64,000 nucleotides of DNA from a virus. Lineage: Duplodnaviria; Caudoviricetes. Made by a program: the position numbers and the translations under genes. Shown in pieces: positions 1 through 9,902 of this stretch (its first letter is position 1; the number at the start of each line of letters is the position of its first letter). Location: positions 155,373 through 219,372 of IMG/VR virus record IMGVR_UViG_2595698595_000001; one strand, 5' to 3'. The notes under the pieces were generated by a model that was not told the DNA's origin, did no database searches, and saw only the letters and a list, made by a program, of their open reading frames with translations.

Positions 1-33
1 AAAAACAGCATGACGGTGGAATCTATCTGTTCA

Positions 34-62
34 AGAAACTTTAGTCAGTTTCTTAGTAATAT
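34..62 (+). promoter_or_regulatory. early/middle-type phage promoter (AGAAAC-N14-TAGTAATAT)
   Basis: Matches the window-wide WGWAAC-N14-TAGTAHWAT motif with the same spacing; upstream of the ORF at 95. Confidence 0.6.
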
Positions 63-94
63 TCAATTATAAAAACTTAACAAAAACAAATTTA

Positions 95-1825
95 ATGGAG
101 CATGTAGTTATATTGGCTGGTGGTCTTGGTTCTAGACTTCATAAATTTACAGCTAATCTTTATCCTAAGATTTTGATTTCGATGGGTAACGAAACTATGT
201 TAGACAAACTTGTAAATTACTATTCAGTTTACAAGGATTTGAAATCGTTTAACATTGTCGTTTCGACTGAAGAAAATCAAAGACTTATATCTAATTATCT
301 GAATCGATATCATTCTAACGCTTTCGGAAAAAATACAAAAATCGATGTATTACTTTACAAAAAGTTAGATGGTTCTTTCAATACGATTTACAACCTATTC
401 AAGGGTCAGGGATTGAAGAATGTAGTATTCAATTGGTCTGATATCATTCCAACATCACATCTTCAGGTAACAAAATTATTGACTAACGAATTCAAGATAA
501 TTACTGATGTTCAAAAACGTCATAGGATGGGTATCGAATTTAGACAAGGTACAAGAACTTATGAAGTTGTCAAATATTCGAAAGATGATATGAAGGGTAA
601 CATTCCAGGATATTTCTTTATAGGTGATTTCGATAGTATATTCGATCATGTATTCGTTGATAACTTAAGACTATATCATAATCTGTCACCAGAAATAGAT
701 TTGATGGATGCTTTAGAAGCACAAATCGAAAAGAATAGATGTATAGTTTCAACTAATGAAATAGATTTTATCGATATCGGAGATGTTGAAAAATATGAAA
801 AATACATGGAAACGATATCGTTAGAAACTAGATATTTCAATAGTTTAGAAATTACTGAAAATACAGTTCGTAAGAAAGCTTTAAACGAAAAAGGTATGTC
901 AGTAATCGATAATGAATTGAATTGGTATTCTACAGTTGGTAGATTCTTTCCAGATACTAAAAATCGTCCAGCTATTCCAAGAATTTCTAATATTCAAAAG
1001 AATTATGATTATCCTCAAGGTGAACAGAAATTTCATTCTATTGAATTTTCAATGAATCGTATTGACGGTAAAACTGTTGACGAATATCTTTGGAACGATC
1101 CTTTAGAAATGTATAATGTATTACGTTTATTTGATACTGAGATTTCTAAGTTTCATAATATCGAACAATCGAATAAACCTGAAAAACGTTGGAATGAACA
1201 TCATATGCATGAATATTTCAAAGTTACATATCAACGTTTAGATGAAATATTCTTCATGTTACAAGCTGATGTACATCATTTCAAAATCGGTGATAAGATT
1301 CATAGTTTCAAAGGTGATACTATTCATTTACTTGAACATACTATGAAATATCTTTATGACGCTTATTCTAAATCTGAAGCTAATGAATGGGGATTGATTC
1401 ATGGTGACCCAAACACTTCTAACGTAATGATTTCTAATGATGGTACCGAAATGTTCTTTATCGACCCAAGAGGATTATTCGGACATTCTTTGATGTTTGG
1501 TGATATTTATTACGATTGGGCTAAATTCATATATGGACTTCAAGGTTATTCTAGATTCAATTTAGATAAGACTTTCGAATTACATTATGACGAACATAGT
1601 AAAACTATGCAAGTAGATTTCTTCAAATATGGAATCTATGATATCGATACAGTGTTACATACTGTAAAACAGATTAGACCTGATTTAGATATCAAGCGTT
1701 TACGTGTTATCGTTGGTTTGATTCATGTTAAATTAGCACAGTACATAAGAAACAATCCATCAAAAATGTACGCAACTTATTATTACGGTAAATACTTATT
1801 AGAAACAACCTTATCTGAAAAATAA
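95..1825 (+). CDS. NTP-transferase / aminoglycoside-choline kinase-like phosphotransferase fusion
   Basis: N-terminal VILAGGLGSRL..PK nucleotidyltransferase motif; C-terminal HGDPNTSNV and FIDPRG kinase (APH/ChoK) motifs. Confidence 0.8.
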   Translation: MEHVVILAGGLGSRLHKFTANLYPKILISMGNETMLDKLVNYYSVYKDLKSFNIVVSTEENQRLISNYLNRYHSNAFGKNTKIDVLLYKKLDGSFNTIYNLFKGQGLKNVVFNWSDIIPTSHLQVTKLLTNEFKIITDVQKRHRMGIEFRQGTRTYEVVKYSKDDMKGNIPGYFFIGDFDSIFDHVFVDNLRLYHNLSPEIDLMDALEAQIEKNRCIVSTNEIDFIDIGDVEKYEKYMETISLETRYFNSLEITENTVRKKALNEKGMSVIDNELNWYSTVGRFFPDTKNRPAIPRISNIQKNYDYPQGEQKFHSIEFSMNRIDGKTVDEYLWNDPLEMYNVLRLFDTEISKFHNIEQSNKPEKRWNEHHMHEYFKVTYQRLDEIFFMLQADVHHFKIGDKIHSFKGDTIHLLEHTMKYLYDAYSKSEANEWGLIHGDPNTSNVMISNDGTEMFFIDPRGLFGHSLMFGDIYYDWAKFIYGLQGYSRFNLDKTFELHYDEHSKTMQVDFFKYGIYDIDTVLHTVKQIRPDLDIKRLRVIVGLIHVKLAQYIRNNPSKMYATYYYGKYLLETTLSEK

Positions 1826-2814
1826 TGAAATTTAAAGGAACTGACCAAAAAACTTCAAGACTGATATTCACCGACTTCGATGGTATCTTCAGTCATGATA
1901 TGCAATACTCATATATTGACAGAACTAGTAACGGTCCTGAGAAAAATGCAAAAACTGTAGCATTCGGTATTCGTGATGTTGTTAAGATTCTGAATTACGC
2001 TGGTTTCGAAATTCATATTGTTTCGGGTGATTCTACAGAAAAAGGTCAAGCTTTAACTAAGAAGTTTTTACATAACATTCATGTGGAATCTGTAAACTTT
2101 GTACCAACCGATCAAAAACTTGATAGAATTCTTGAACTAGCTAATGGTAGGGATTTCATCTGGATCGGTGAGGACTTGATTGACTTACAAATCAAGGAAT
2201 TCGCCATGAATTACATAACTACCGATAACGCTCCAAACATGTTGAAGGAATTAGCTGATGCTAACTTTAGACAAGATTATTTTTGGCACGATTTGTTATC
2301 ATATTTAATGAAAACTAAAATCTTCAATGTTGTTGACGAAGATACACATTGTCTGATAAAATACGCTTTACAGAAATACATCAAACCAGATTTCTTCAAG
2401 TTAGTAAGTTACGGATTGATTGATAAAAACTATCTAATCGAATCCTTAGAAACATATCGAGGTGTTGAAGAACTTAACGAAATCAAAGTTAACGATATTG
2501 AAGACTTCATGGATAAGATAAAAACTACAGAAGTTCTAAAAACTGTACCAGTCTTTGGTAAACTCGATTTGATTTCATCTATGAAAGTTTTAGTCAATAA
2601 CATTTGTAAACATGAACTTAAGTTTGTATATACTAAGAACGTTCATTTGTTTTCAGACACTGTAAATATCGGTGACATATTCGAAGTTCTTTCATCATTA
2701 AGATTTACAGAATCTTCTAACAGTTTCCACGATTACTATATCTACGGATTTACAAAAATCGTAGAAGGTAAGATTGAAAACATGTTAAACGAGAAGTTAG
2801 GAGCTAAATTCTAG
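1825..2814 (+). CDS. HAD-family phosphatase, KdsC/YrbI-like N-terminal domain
   Basis: IFTDFDGIF motif I, IVSG motif II, IGEDLIDL motif IV; TAATG-coupled to the upstream gene. Confidence 0.65.
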   Translation: MKFKGTDQKTSRLIFTDFDGIFSHDMQYSYIDRTSNGPEKNAKTVAFGIRDVVKILNYAGFEIHIVSGDSTEKGQALTKKFLHNIHVESVNFVPTDQKLDRILELANGRDFIWIGEDLIDLQIKEFAMNYITTDNAPNMLKELADANFRQDYFWHDLLSYLMKTKIFNVVDEDTHCLIKYALQKYIKPDFFKLVSYGLIDKNYLIESLETYRGVEELNEIKVNDIEDFMDKIKTTEVLKTVPVFGKLDLISSMKVLVNNICKHELKFVYTKNVHLFSDTVNIGDIFEVLSSLRFTESSNSFHDYYIYGFTKIVEGKIENMLNEKLGAKF

Positions 2815-2839
2815 GAAACTATTATTACAGTGTAGGTAT

Positions 2840-2847
2840 TATACATA
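2840..2847 (+). promoter_or_regulatory. putative late promoter TATACATA
   Basis: Intergenic copy of the motif recurring before virion genes. Confidence 0.55.
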
Positions 2848-2864
2848 TCTACTAATAATTAATT

Positions 2865-2890
2865 AGGGAGACATTTGATCTTGTCTCCCT
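2865..2890 (+). other. intergenic stem-loop AGGGAGACA-N8-TGTCTCCCT
   Basis: Perfect 9-bp GC-rich inverted repeat; terminator or 5' UTR hairpin. Confidence 0.55.
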
Positions 2891-2915
2891 TCATGGTTTC
2901 ACTAAAATAAAAATA

Positions 2916-3551
2916 ATGTTTAGTTCAAAAAATGAAAAATCAGATCAGAAACACCCAATCTTAAAATTAATCGAATCTATAAAGAAATTCTTTGATTTCG
3001 ATACAGTACTGTCAATTATTATAATGGTATTCATACTATGGTTACTATTAGCTTCTAAAGGTTCAGCAAAGGCTGAAATGCTGTCAACAGATTCTGATAT
3101 TGTTGACGTAAATCTCCCAGAAAAATTCAATGAAAAATCTACTTCAAGTAAAATCAAGAACAAAGAGGATTTGTATGTTTACATGAAGAAAGCTGGAATT
3201 AAGTTTCCTGAGCTTGTATGGTCTCAAGCTATGATGGAATCTGCTTGGATGAATTCAGCAGTTTTTAATCGTTCTAATAATCTTTTTGGAATGAAGAAAT
3301 CTGGAAAACGTGACCATTTACAAATACATAAACGTAACGATTCTTATTCACATTTCGAAACAATCAAGAAGTGTGTATTAGATTACAAGTTACATCAAGA
3401 ACAAGTTCTTAAAATCGAAAACATTAAAAACGAATCTCAATATATGAGAAGGTTAATCAAAACTGGTTATTGTCCTGATGAAGGATATGCTAGAAAGATA
3501 TTAGCTATTCGTAAGAATACAGATTTTAACGAATTGAAAAAATCTAGTTAG
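2916..3551 (+). CDS. GH73 glucosaminidase/muramidase with N-terminal membrane anchor
   Basis: QAMMESAW (catalytic Glu), SNNLFGMK, GYCPDEGY motifs; hydrophobic segment near residues 31-47. Confidence 0.8.
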   Translation: MFSSKNEKSDQKHPILKLIESIKKFFDFDTVLSIIIMVFILWLLLASKGSAKAEMLSTDSDIVDVNLPEKFNEKSTSSKIKNKEDLYVYMKKAGIKFPELVWSQAMMESAWMNSAVFNRSNNLFGMKKSGKRDHLQIHKRNDSYSHFETIKKCVLDYKLHQEQVLKIENIKNESQYMRRLIKTGYCPDEGYARKILAIRKNTDFNELKKSS

Positions 3552-3582
3552 TAATACATATTCAAATAAAAAATATACTATC

Positions 3583-3912
3583 ATGACCGAACAAGAAATT
3601 AATATTCGTATAGCTGAAGATAACAAGGTTATCAAACTTCAGGAAGAAACTGTAGAAACTCCAATCGTAAAGTATTACGAAGTTGTTAAAACTTCATGTA
3701 GTTCTGAGATTCTATTTTATGGTAATAATCCAAAACTTAAAGAAGGTGATTTATTCGAATGTTCGAATTCTTTACAATCTAACGTGTTAGGTGTAAGTAA
3801 ATGGTTACTACCGAATCATCTTGAATTTTCTGGATTGAATTCTATAGCTTTAGAATGCTGTCAAGAATTGACAGAAATGGAATACAAACAAAAATTAGCA
3901 AGACGTGATTAA
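3583..3912 (+). CDS. hypothetical protein
   Basis: ORF after AATACATA motif at 3553-3560. Confidence 0.6.
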   Translation: MTEQEINIRIAEDNKVIKLQEETVETPIVKYYEVVKTSCSSEILFYGNNPKLKEGDLFECSNSLQSNVLGVSKWLLPNHLEFSGLNSIALECCQELTEMEYKQKLARRD

Positions 3913-4189
3913 ATCTTTTGAAGAACGTAAATCAGAATTTCTTCGAAATTTCAAAGATTTTAGATTACCTAATGAAGCTAATTACGATACTAAGATTCGA
4001 TATGTTGTAGCTTACGAATTTCTAAACAACATTATGATAAACCGTAATGTTAGTTTCGATGGTAATGTATTCAAACTATCTAACGGTATGATAGTAAACA
4101 AAATAATAGCATTACGAAGGGCTAAACCTTACGAACCTAAGAACGCTTTTCATATTACTAACGAAATTCTAAAATCTGGAAAACTATAA
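3905..4189 (+). CDS. hypothetical protein
   Basis: Overlap-coupled ORF, GTG start. Confidence 0.55.
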   Translation: MIKSFEERKSEFLRNFKDFRLPNEANYDTKIRYVVAYEFLNNIMINRNVSFDGNVFKLSNGMIVNKIIALRRAKPYEPKNAFHITNEILKSGKL

Positions 4190-4566
4190 TGAAAACTTTA
4201 ACAAAACTTTTTGAAAGTTCTATATATGTTGTTTCTTCAAAAGAAGCTTCTGAACAATATACCATGATTTCCGGTAACGAGTATGGTACGAAAAAGGGTA
4301 TTGATATTTACGTAAATGACGTTTTAGTATGTAAGACTAGAAAATATAAGATGTACATAGCTAAAGGCTACAGTCAAGTACTTAAAACTGTATCAGATAC
4401 TGATTATGATCATAATAATTTAGCTAAAGCTTTGAACTCAGACGTCAATGTTGTACAAAAATACTTCAGGTCTGATTTTCATAATACTAGAGTATGGAAT
4501 CCTGGTACTTATACAACAGTTAAAAATTTCAAAGAAAAGCTAGAATTCTTTTTAAAGCATAATTAG
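4189..4566 (+). CDS. putative internal head protein (MKTLTKLFES N-terminus)
   Basis: N-terminus resembles T4 capsid-targeting sequences and matches the gene at 19866. Confidence 0.5.
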   Translation: MKTLTKLFESSIYVVSSKEASEQYTMISGNEYGTKKGIDIYVNDVLVCKTRKYKMYIAKGYSQVLKTVSDTDYDHNNLAKALNSDVNVVQKYFRSDFHNTRVWNPGTYTTVKNFKEKLEFFLKHN

Positions 4567-4570
4567 TAAA

Positions 4571-4616
4571 ACGAAACCCTCGGAAACTGAAACTTTCGAG
4601 GGTTTCGTAGTAATAT
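4571..4616 (+). repeat. hairpin-promoter element, type A
   Basis: ACGAAACCCTCGGAA-ACTGAAAC-TTTCGAGGGTTTCGT then AGTAATAT; 4573-4612 identical to 20564-20603. Confidence 0.9.
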
Positions 4617-4644
4617 ACATTTATAACTTTATAATTTATCAACT

Positions 4645-5130
4645 ATGGGACTATCTACAAAGGTTATCATTAACCCAAAGACCAAACTATCTGAAATCAT
4701 TACATTTCTGGAAACTAAATTCAAAACTAAGGTAGAATTACGTGAAGCTGCTTCAGGTATGTTCAGCTTAATGTTTACTATAAACTTAGACAAATCCGGA
4801 ACAAAAGAACAAAGAGTTTTATACGTTTTCATGGATCGGACAACATGTCGATATGATTTCGAAATCGATGGAATTCTTATAAGTTTCAATTGCTGGGGGA
4901 TGTTTAAATCTATAGCAGATTCACTATGTAACGAATTTGGTGGAATGGTTGACTATAACGATTGTGACGATGAAGGATTCATAACTATCTGTCCTGAAAA
5001 ATTCTTTAATTCTGAAGCTCCAGAAAACAAAGAACTTGATTCTGTATTACATGAAATCATATTAGCTTTCGGTAATGACAAAGTTAATAAGTTCATAGAA
5101 TTATCTAACAAATATCAAAACGTAAAGTAA
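4645..5130 (+). CDS. hypothetical protein
   Basis: ORF downstream of promoter element, TCAACTATG start context. Confidence 0.65.
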   Translation: MGLSTKVIINPKTKLSEIITFLETKFKTKVELREAASGMFSLMFTINLDKSGTKEQRVLYVFMDRTTCRYDFEIDGILISFNCWGMFKSIADSLCNEFGGMVDYNDCDDEGFITICPEKFFNSEAPENKELDSVLHEIILAFGNDKVNKFIELSNKYQNVK

Positions 5131-5651
5131 TGAAATACGAAATGAAAACTTGGAAGTTATCTACAGAAATTGAAACTTCTAATTTATTCAAAGCTATTAG
5201 AACATTAGCTGATAGATACATGTCAGCTTCAAGATTCGACGCTCCAGGAAATTCAATAATCGAAGGTTTGACTGGTACAGAATTAACTGGAAAACAAGCT
5301 AAATATATGTTCCTGTTCAAAGAACTTGAACTATTCGGTAAGAAACAAATGGTGAACTATATGTCTTTATCTTCTCAACCGTTTTCAAGAAATCATTATT
5401 GGAAAGAAGAACCTGAAGATAAAATTCCAGCAATGGATGGAATTCTTAGATGTGAAATAAAGGATTATGGTAACGAATTACCTGACAAATCTTATCCTAC
5501 TTTAATGTATTTCGAAATTGATGATAAATTCAAATGTATCAAAGTCGAAGCTTACAGTAAAGATGGTAAAGTAATTGGTACTATGACGAATCCAACACAG
5601 AAACGTTTCGAGAAAACATTCGAACATGCTTTAGAACATTTTAAATCTTAA
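5130..5651 (+). CDS. hypothetical protein
   Basis: TAATG-coupled ORF. Confidence 0.65.
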   Translation: MKYEMKTWKLSTEIETSNLFKAIRTLADRYMSASRFDAPGNSIIEGLTGTELTGKQAKYMFLFKELELFGKKQMVNYMSLSSQPFSRNHYWKEEPEDKIPAMDGILRCEIKDYGNELPDKSYPTLMYFEIDDKFKCIKVEAYSKDGKVIGTMTNPTQKRFEKTFEHALEHFKS

Positions 5652-5655
5652 CATC

Positions 5656-6267
5656 ATGAATTTCCATAATCCACTATCGTTTACATTCAGATGTAAGAAA
5701 ACAAACTCTACGTCTGATATAGCTATTCAAGACATTGATATCGCATACAGTTTTCTAAAGATGTTAGATAACATCGAAATGACACCTGATGATATTTACA
5801 AAGTCTATAAATATCTTGAGAAGGCGTTTCCAGATCATTCATTAAAGGATAAGATATTCTGGGAGGATTTCGATATGTTAGTTTCTGTTACTAGAATGTA
5901 TGATGTATCGATTTTACAAATAGAACCTATTCAGTTATCGAGATTCAATAGTTCATTTAACGTACAGAACTTTAGACATGAAATATGTGTCAGAACATTA
6001 GCGATATTAACAGATTCTTATGACTGTGAGAAAATAGTCAACATTCTTAATGATAGTATCTTTTCATTCTTTACAAAATATTTAGATGTTTCGATCGAAA
6101 CTGAAAGAAGTATTTCGTATCTAGTGAGCAATGTTGAGAATAACGAAACTATAGTTCTAAAGAATCTTGACGAAACAGATGAAATCCATTTCAAGTATTC
6201 GACTATCGAAGAAGTAAAAACAATCAAACGTAAACTATACATCTATAAAAATGACAGTAATTCCTAA
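5656..6267 (+). CDS. hypothetical protein
   Basis: ORF in co-oriented cluster. Confidence 0.6.
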   Translation: MNFHNPLSFTFRCKKTNSTSDIAIQDIDIAYSFLKMLDNIEMTPDDIYKVYKYLEKAFPDHSLKDKIFWEDFDMLVSVTRMYDVSILQIEPIQLSRFNSSFNVQNFRHEICVRTLAILTDSYDCEKIVNILNDSIFSFFTKYLDVSIETERSISYLVSNVENNETIVLKNLDETDEIHFKYSTIEEVKTIKRKLYIYKNDSNS

Positions 6268-6658
6268 TCAATCGAATTTAGTAGATTCTAATATCCAATC
6301 CGAACTTCAAGTTAAACAAGAAAAACCTTCGAAGTTATTGTTAGTAGATTGTATCAAACCTCATAACAATCATTCAGTATTCGAAATTAACTTGTCTGAA
6401 CAAACTATTCAAGTAGCTTCATTCGTTTCTAAAGATACTATCACTTGGTGGGAAGCTTTAGATGGTTCTTACAAGAATCTTGAGATTATCCGTAAACCTA
6501 ATTGCGTTTATCATACAGCTTTGAATGTTGAAAATTTGGCAAAAAGAGTCAAAAGGGATTACGACTACGATTTATCAGGATTCGAATACATTGCTGACAA
6601 TTCAAATGGTGGTAGTAACCTGAAAGTTAATGTTAATGATTTAGTAAGTTCAGTTTAA
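6251..6658 (+). CDS. hypothetical protein
   Basis: ORF in co-oriented cluster. Confidence 0.6.
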   Translation: MTVIPNQSNLVDSNIQSELQVKQEKPSKLLLVDCIKPHNNHSVFEINLSEQTIQVASFVSKDTITWWEALDGSYKNLEIIRKPNCVYHTALNVENLAKRVKRDYDYDLSGFEYIADNSNGGSNLKVNVNDLVSSV

Positions 6659-6670
6659 AGCATTATATCA

Positions 6671-7057
6671 ATGTCATACGAAAGATTGAACAAAATTATA
6701 GAACTTGAATCTGATGGATTCAGATATAAGTTAATGCAATTACGTTGGAATACTTTCATGAGTTCGAATCCACCTGAAAAGTTTCATCCAGAAAACGTAT
6801 TACTGGATGACAATGAAACGATAATGATTCTATCTGTTTATAGCTTACCATTCACTTTAGAAATCTCTAATGTTGATTTACATGCTAACAGATTAGTTTT
6901 CGAAAATTCTGGAAACAATAAAAGTAAAATGGCTAAACGTAACAGTATTTACGAGCAAGATTATCGAATCTTTGGTTGTGAACCTGAAATGAAAAAGATT
7001 TCATATCATCCTAGCATCTGTTATAAGATTTTAGAAAAAGTTCAAATTAATACATAA
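6671..7057 (+). CDS. hypothetical protein
   Basis: ORF in co-oriented cluster. Confidence 0.6.
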   Translation: MSYERLNKIIELESDGFRYKLMQLRWNTFMSSNPPEKFHPENVLLDDNETIMILSVYSLPFTLEISNVDLHANRLVFENSGNNKSKMAKRNSIYEQDYRIFGCEPEMKKISYHPSICYKILEKVQINT

Positions 7058-7133
7058 TTCATGGTACCATATATCTTCACTTTCATGTGTCAAGAACAGT
7101 AATAGTTCAATTGCTGTTCTATGACTTATTATC

Positions 7134-7382
7134 ATGAAAGAAAATAGAACAATCGCTTATCGTAGACATAAAGCTTCTACGAAACTAAACAGAAAAATCA
7201 AACTAACTTATGACATAGATTTAATACATGAAGAAATGTCATATTCTGATTACAGTAAATCAGTATTATCAGGTAAGTTACATACTTGGATGCGTTCAAT
7301 GAACACTGCATGCTCCTGTTACATGTGTTCAGGATATTACAAGTATAAACGTATCAAGTTTGATTTCGATTCAGAAATGTAA
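7134..7382 (+). CDS. small basic protein with CSCxxC motif
   Basis: Lys/Arg-rich, ACSCYMCS putative metal-binding motif. Confidence 0.55.
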   Translation: MKENRTIAYRRHKASTKLNRKIKLTYDIDLIHEEMSYSDYSKSVLSGKLHTWMRSMNTACSCYMCSGYYKYKRIKFDFDSEM

Positions 7383-7384
7383 AA

Positions 7385-7428
7385 GAAACCCTCAGAAACT
7401 GAAACTTCTGAGGGTTTCGTAGTATAAT
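7385..7428 (+). repeat. hairpin-promoter element, type A variant
   Basis: GAAACCCTCAGAA-ACTGAAAC-TTCTGAGGGTTTC perfect stem, then TAGTATAAT. Confidence 0.9.
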
Positions 7429-7457
7429 AATCAATATAATCTATAAACTATATTCGT

Positions 7458-8009
7458 ATGTCAACTATTATCAATACTAAAGAGCTTAGAACTCGTATCG
7501 AAAGCAATCAAACTAAGTATCAAGATGTGAGATACATTCACAATCTTCTAGAATCTAAGGTTCTTGAAGAAGAGAACTTACGATACTTGCTACAATTACC
7601 ATTATCGAATTTACGATCTGAATCTACAGAACATTTGAATTTCGTTTCAGAAACTCTTAACAATTTAGGATATCACGTAAAAACTGACAGTAATCATATA
7701 TATGTTAAGTATGCTGATAGAGTTATGGATTCTATATTCAAATCTAAATCTTTATATTTTCTATATTCGATTTCAGCTGATAGACTTTCCATCAAGTACA
7801 ATAATGTTCAGAAAGCTAAGGAACTTTATCATAGACTAATGAAGGTTATGGAAATCGAATTGTTCTTTAATGGTAGTCAATACGATCAAATTTTAGACAA
7901 TGATCTCGTTCTTAAAGAATTAATCGTTTTGTTACAAATAAATGGTTTCAGAACTGAGAAAACTGTTATATCTGACAAGAAAGCTAACCTTAAAATTTCT
8001 TTAATATGA
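7458..8009 (+). CDS. hypothetical protein
   Basis: ORF downstream of promoter element. Confidence 0.6.
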   Translation: MSTIINTKELRTRIESNQTKYQDVRYIHNLLESKVLEEENLRYLLQLPLSNLRSESTEHLNFVSETLNNLGYHVKTDSNHIYVKYADRVMDSIFKSKSLYFLYSISADRLSIKYNNVQKAKELYHRLMKVMEIELFFNGSQYDQILDNDLVLKELIVLLQINGFRTEKTVISDKKANLKISLI

Positions 8010-8482
8010 AAAGTGTAAACTGGTACGATTTCGGTGCAATGGAAGTTAATCCTCCAGCTAATCGTAGAACTGAACATGGATTTAGATCATATGATTTTCG
8101 AGCACCTAAACGAAACGATAAGAAAAACTGGAAAAAGTTCTTATTATGGTTTCTAACATTTCGAGAGGAAAACGTCGTACGTTTCAAAGACGTAATGAAA
8201 CTTTATGGTGTAACTTTGGAAAATGTTGAACGTGAACGTAAGTCCTCTTACAACAGAATTAAACGTAATAACGTTGAAGCAAGGAGATTAAACAAAAGGA
8301 TTAGAACCCCCGAAACTGCTGCGAAACTTGACATAGAATTTCAATACCATTCTTATCGCTTAGACTGGATGAAAGAAAATCCAAAGAAAAATGATAAAGC
8401 GATCAAAAAATTGAAAACTAAATGTGAACGATTAAATTCACCTTCTAGAAGGAAACGAATTCAGAAAATCCTAGAATCATGA
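8006..8482 (+). CDS. basic hypothetical protein
   Basis: ATGA-coupled, Lys/Arg-rich. Confidence 0.6.
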   Translation: MKSVNWYDFGAMEVNPPANRRTEHGFRSYDFRAPKRNDKKNWKKFLLWFLTFREENVVRFKDVMKLYGVTLENVERERKSSYNRIKRNNVEARRLNKRIRTPETAAKLDIEFQYHSYRLDWMKENPKKNDKAIKKLKTKCERLNSPSRRKRIQKILES

Positions 8483-8895
8483 TAATAACAGTATTCATAA
8501 TATTAGCAGTAATGATTACTGCAGTATCTTTCATAACTATTAATGAAGAACCATCGAAAGTTAACAAACATGGACTGAAATATAAACTTGAAGAATTTGC
8601 TTCTACAAGTTACAATCTAGCATTTTGGGACGAATCTAAGAAAAAGTTAATTTGGATATTATACGTTGGTATCGATGTAGATAATTTCAATAGAAATCTT
8701 GTAACATATCCTCCGAAACTTGATAGAGCTTTCTTCGAAATGGGTAGAAAAATCGATTATGCGATTGACAAATTCGAAACTATCGAACAAGTTTACGAAT
8801 ATAACAAAGTTAGAGAATCAGAAGCTATAAGAGCTAATGAAAGATACGAAAATAGGGTAAAACAATTCGAGGAACAAAGATCAAAATATGAATAA
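8479..8895 (+). CDS. membrane-anchored hypothetical protein
   Basis: N-terminal hydrophobic helix; ATGA-coupled. Confidence 0.6.
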   Translation: MIITVFIILAVMITAVSFITINEEPSKVNKHGLKYKLEEFASTSYNLAFWDESKKKLIWILYVGIDVDNFNRNLVTYPPKLDRAFFEMGRKIDYAIDKFETIEQVYEYNKVRESEAIRANERYENRVKQFEEQRSKYE

Positions 8896-8928
8896 TTCTA
8901 TACATTCGTTATAATAAACTAAAGAAAC

Positions 8929-9543
8929 ATGAAAAATATTAAAAACGCTGACATACTAACTGACTACATATTACGTACATTCAAAGAATTAGATAACATT
9001 AGATTTACTTCTAACTATATCAAGGGTTCGATGACTAAACGTACTTTATGTGACACTGTTCAAGTAAATGACAATCTTGAAATATTTACAGCTTTATCTG
9101 GAAAACGTTTGTCACATGTGACAAAACTTGGATTAGTTTTCAAGGATGTGAATACTATTGTAAAAATCGACATTAACGAAATCAATTCAGAAAATCTTTC
9201 ATTCGTTATAGCACATCTTAGTAATAGAACTGTTAGTAAACTAATGAAAGTCATAACTAATACTAAGATGACAGAATCTACGAAATGTCGTGAAATTTCG
9301 AACCATTTCGTAAAGAAATACAAATTACATTTAGTAGATTCTGATGGTCATTTATGTTGGATTAAATGTTTGCATTCGAATACATATCTTAATAACTATC
9401 ATTCGAAATGTCATAGTAATGACAACGTTCTTGAAAAACTAAGGAAGGAAAGAACTAGTCTAATTCTAGAACTTGATATTGTCAATGCTAAAATAGAAAT
9501 GATAGAAAACAAAAATGCAATTTTAGAAAAACTAAATACTTAA
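8929..9543 (+). CDS. hypothetical protein
   Basis: ORF with C-terminal coiled coil. Confidence 0.6.
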   Translation: MKNIKNADILTDYILRTFKELDNIRFTSNYIKGSMTKRTLCDTVQVNDNLEIFTALSGKRLSHVTKLGLVFKDVNTIVKIDINEINSENLSFVIAHLSNRTVSKLMKVITNTKMTESTKCREISNHFVKKYKLHLVDSDGHLCWIKCLHSNTYLNNYHSKCHSNDNVLEKLRKERTSLILELDIVNAKIEMIENKNAILEKLNT

Positions 9544-9547
9544 AATT

Positions 9548-9694
9548 ATGCAATCGATCCTATATCTACCAATGACAATTTTATTCTTCACAGCTTTATC
9601 ATTCTTCACGATTTGGGGATCGTACAAGATTGGTAAATTAATCTTTCAATTATGCTCAGAAAAACTTCGAAATCTCAGAAACGTAAGTCTTTAA
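9548..9694 (+). CDS. small membrane protein (48 aa, not in ORF track)
   Basis: MQSILYLPMTILFFTALSFFTIWGSYKIGKLIFQLCSEKLRNLRNVSL fills the gap after 9543. Confidence 0.45.
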   Translation: MQSILYLPMTILFFTALSFFTIWGSYKIGKLIFQLCSEKLRNLRNVSL

Positions 9695-9897
9695 TTCGTA
9701 AAGTTTTCATCAGTTTATATCCTGATGGAATGACTAATAACGCTCATAAATCTATGACAGAAATCATAGAATCTGGATATTGTAATAATCGAAAACGTTT
9801 GAGATGGTTTATCAAGAAAGGTTTGACAAGTTTCCAGAAATCTGGAATGGTTGCAACCCGTAAGAAAATTATCAATCGTCTTATAGCTTCAATTTAA
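9652..9897 (+). CDS. basic hypothetical protein
   Basis: TTTCAATTATG start context. Confidence 0.55.
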   Translation: MLRKTSKSQKRKSLIRKVFISLYPDGMTNNAHKSMTEIIESGYCNNRKRLRWFIKKGLTSFQKSGMVATRKKIINRLIASI

Positions 9898-9902
9898 TCG
9901 AA

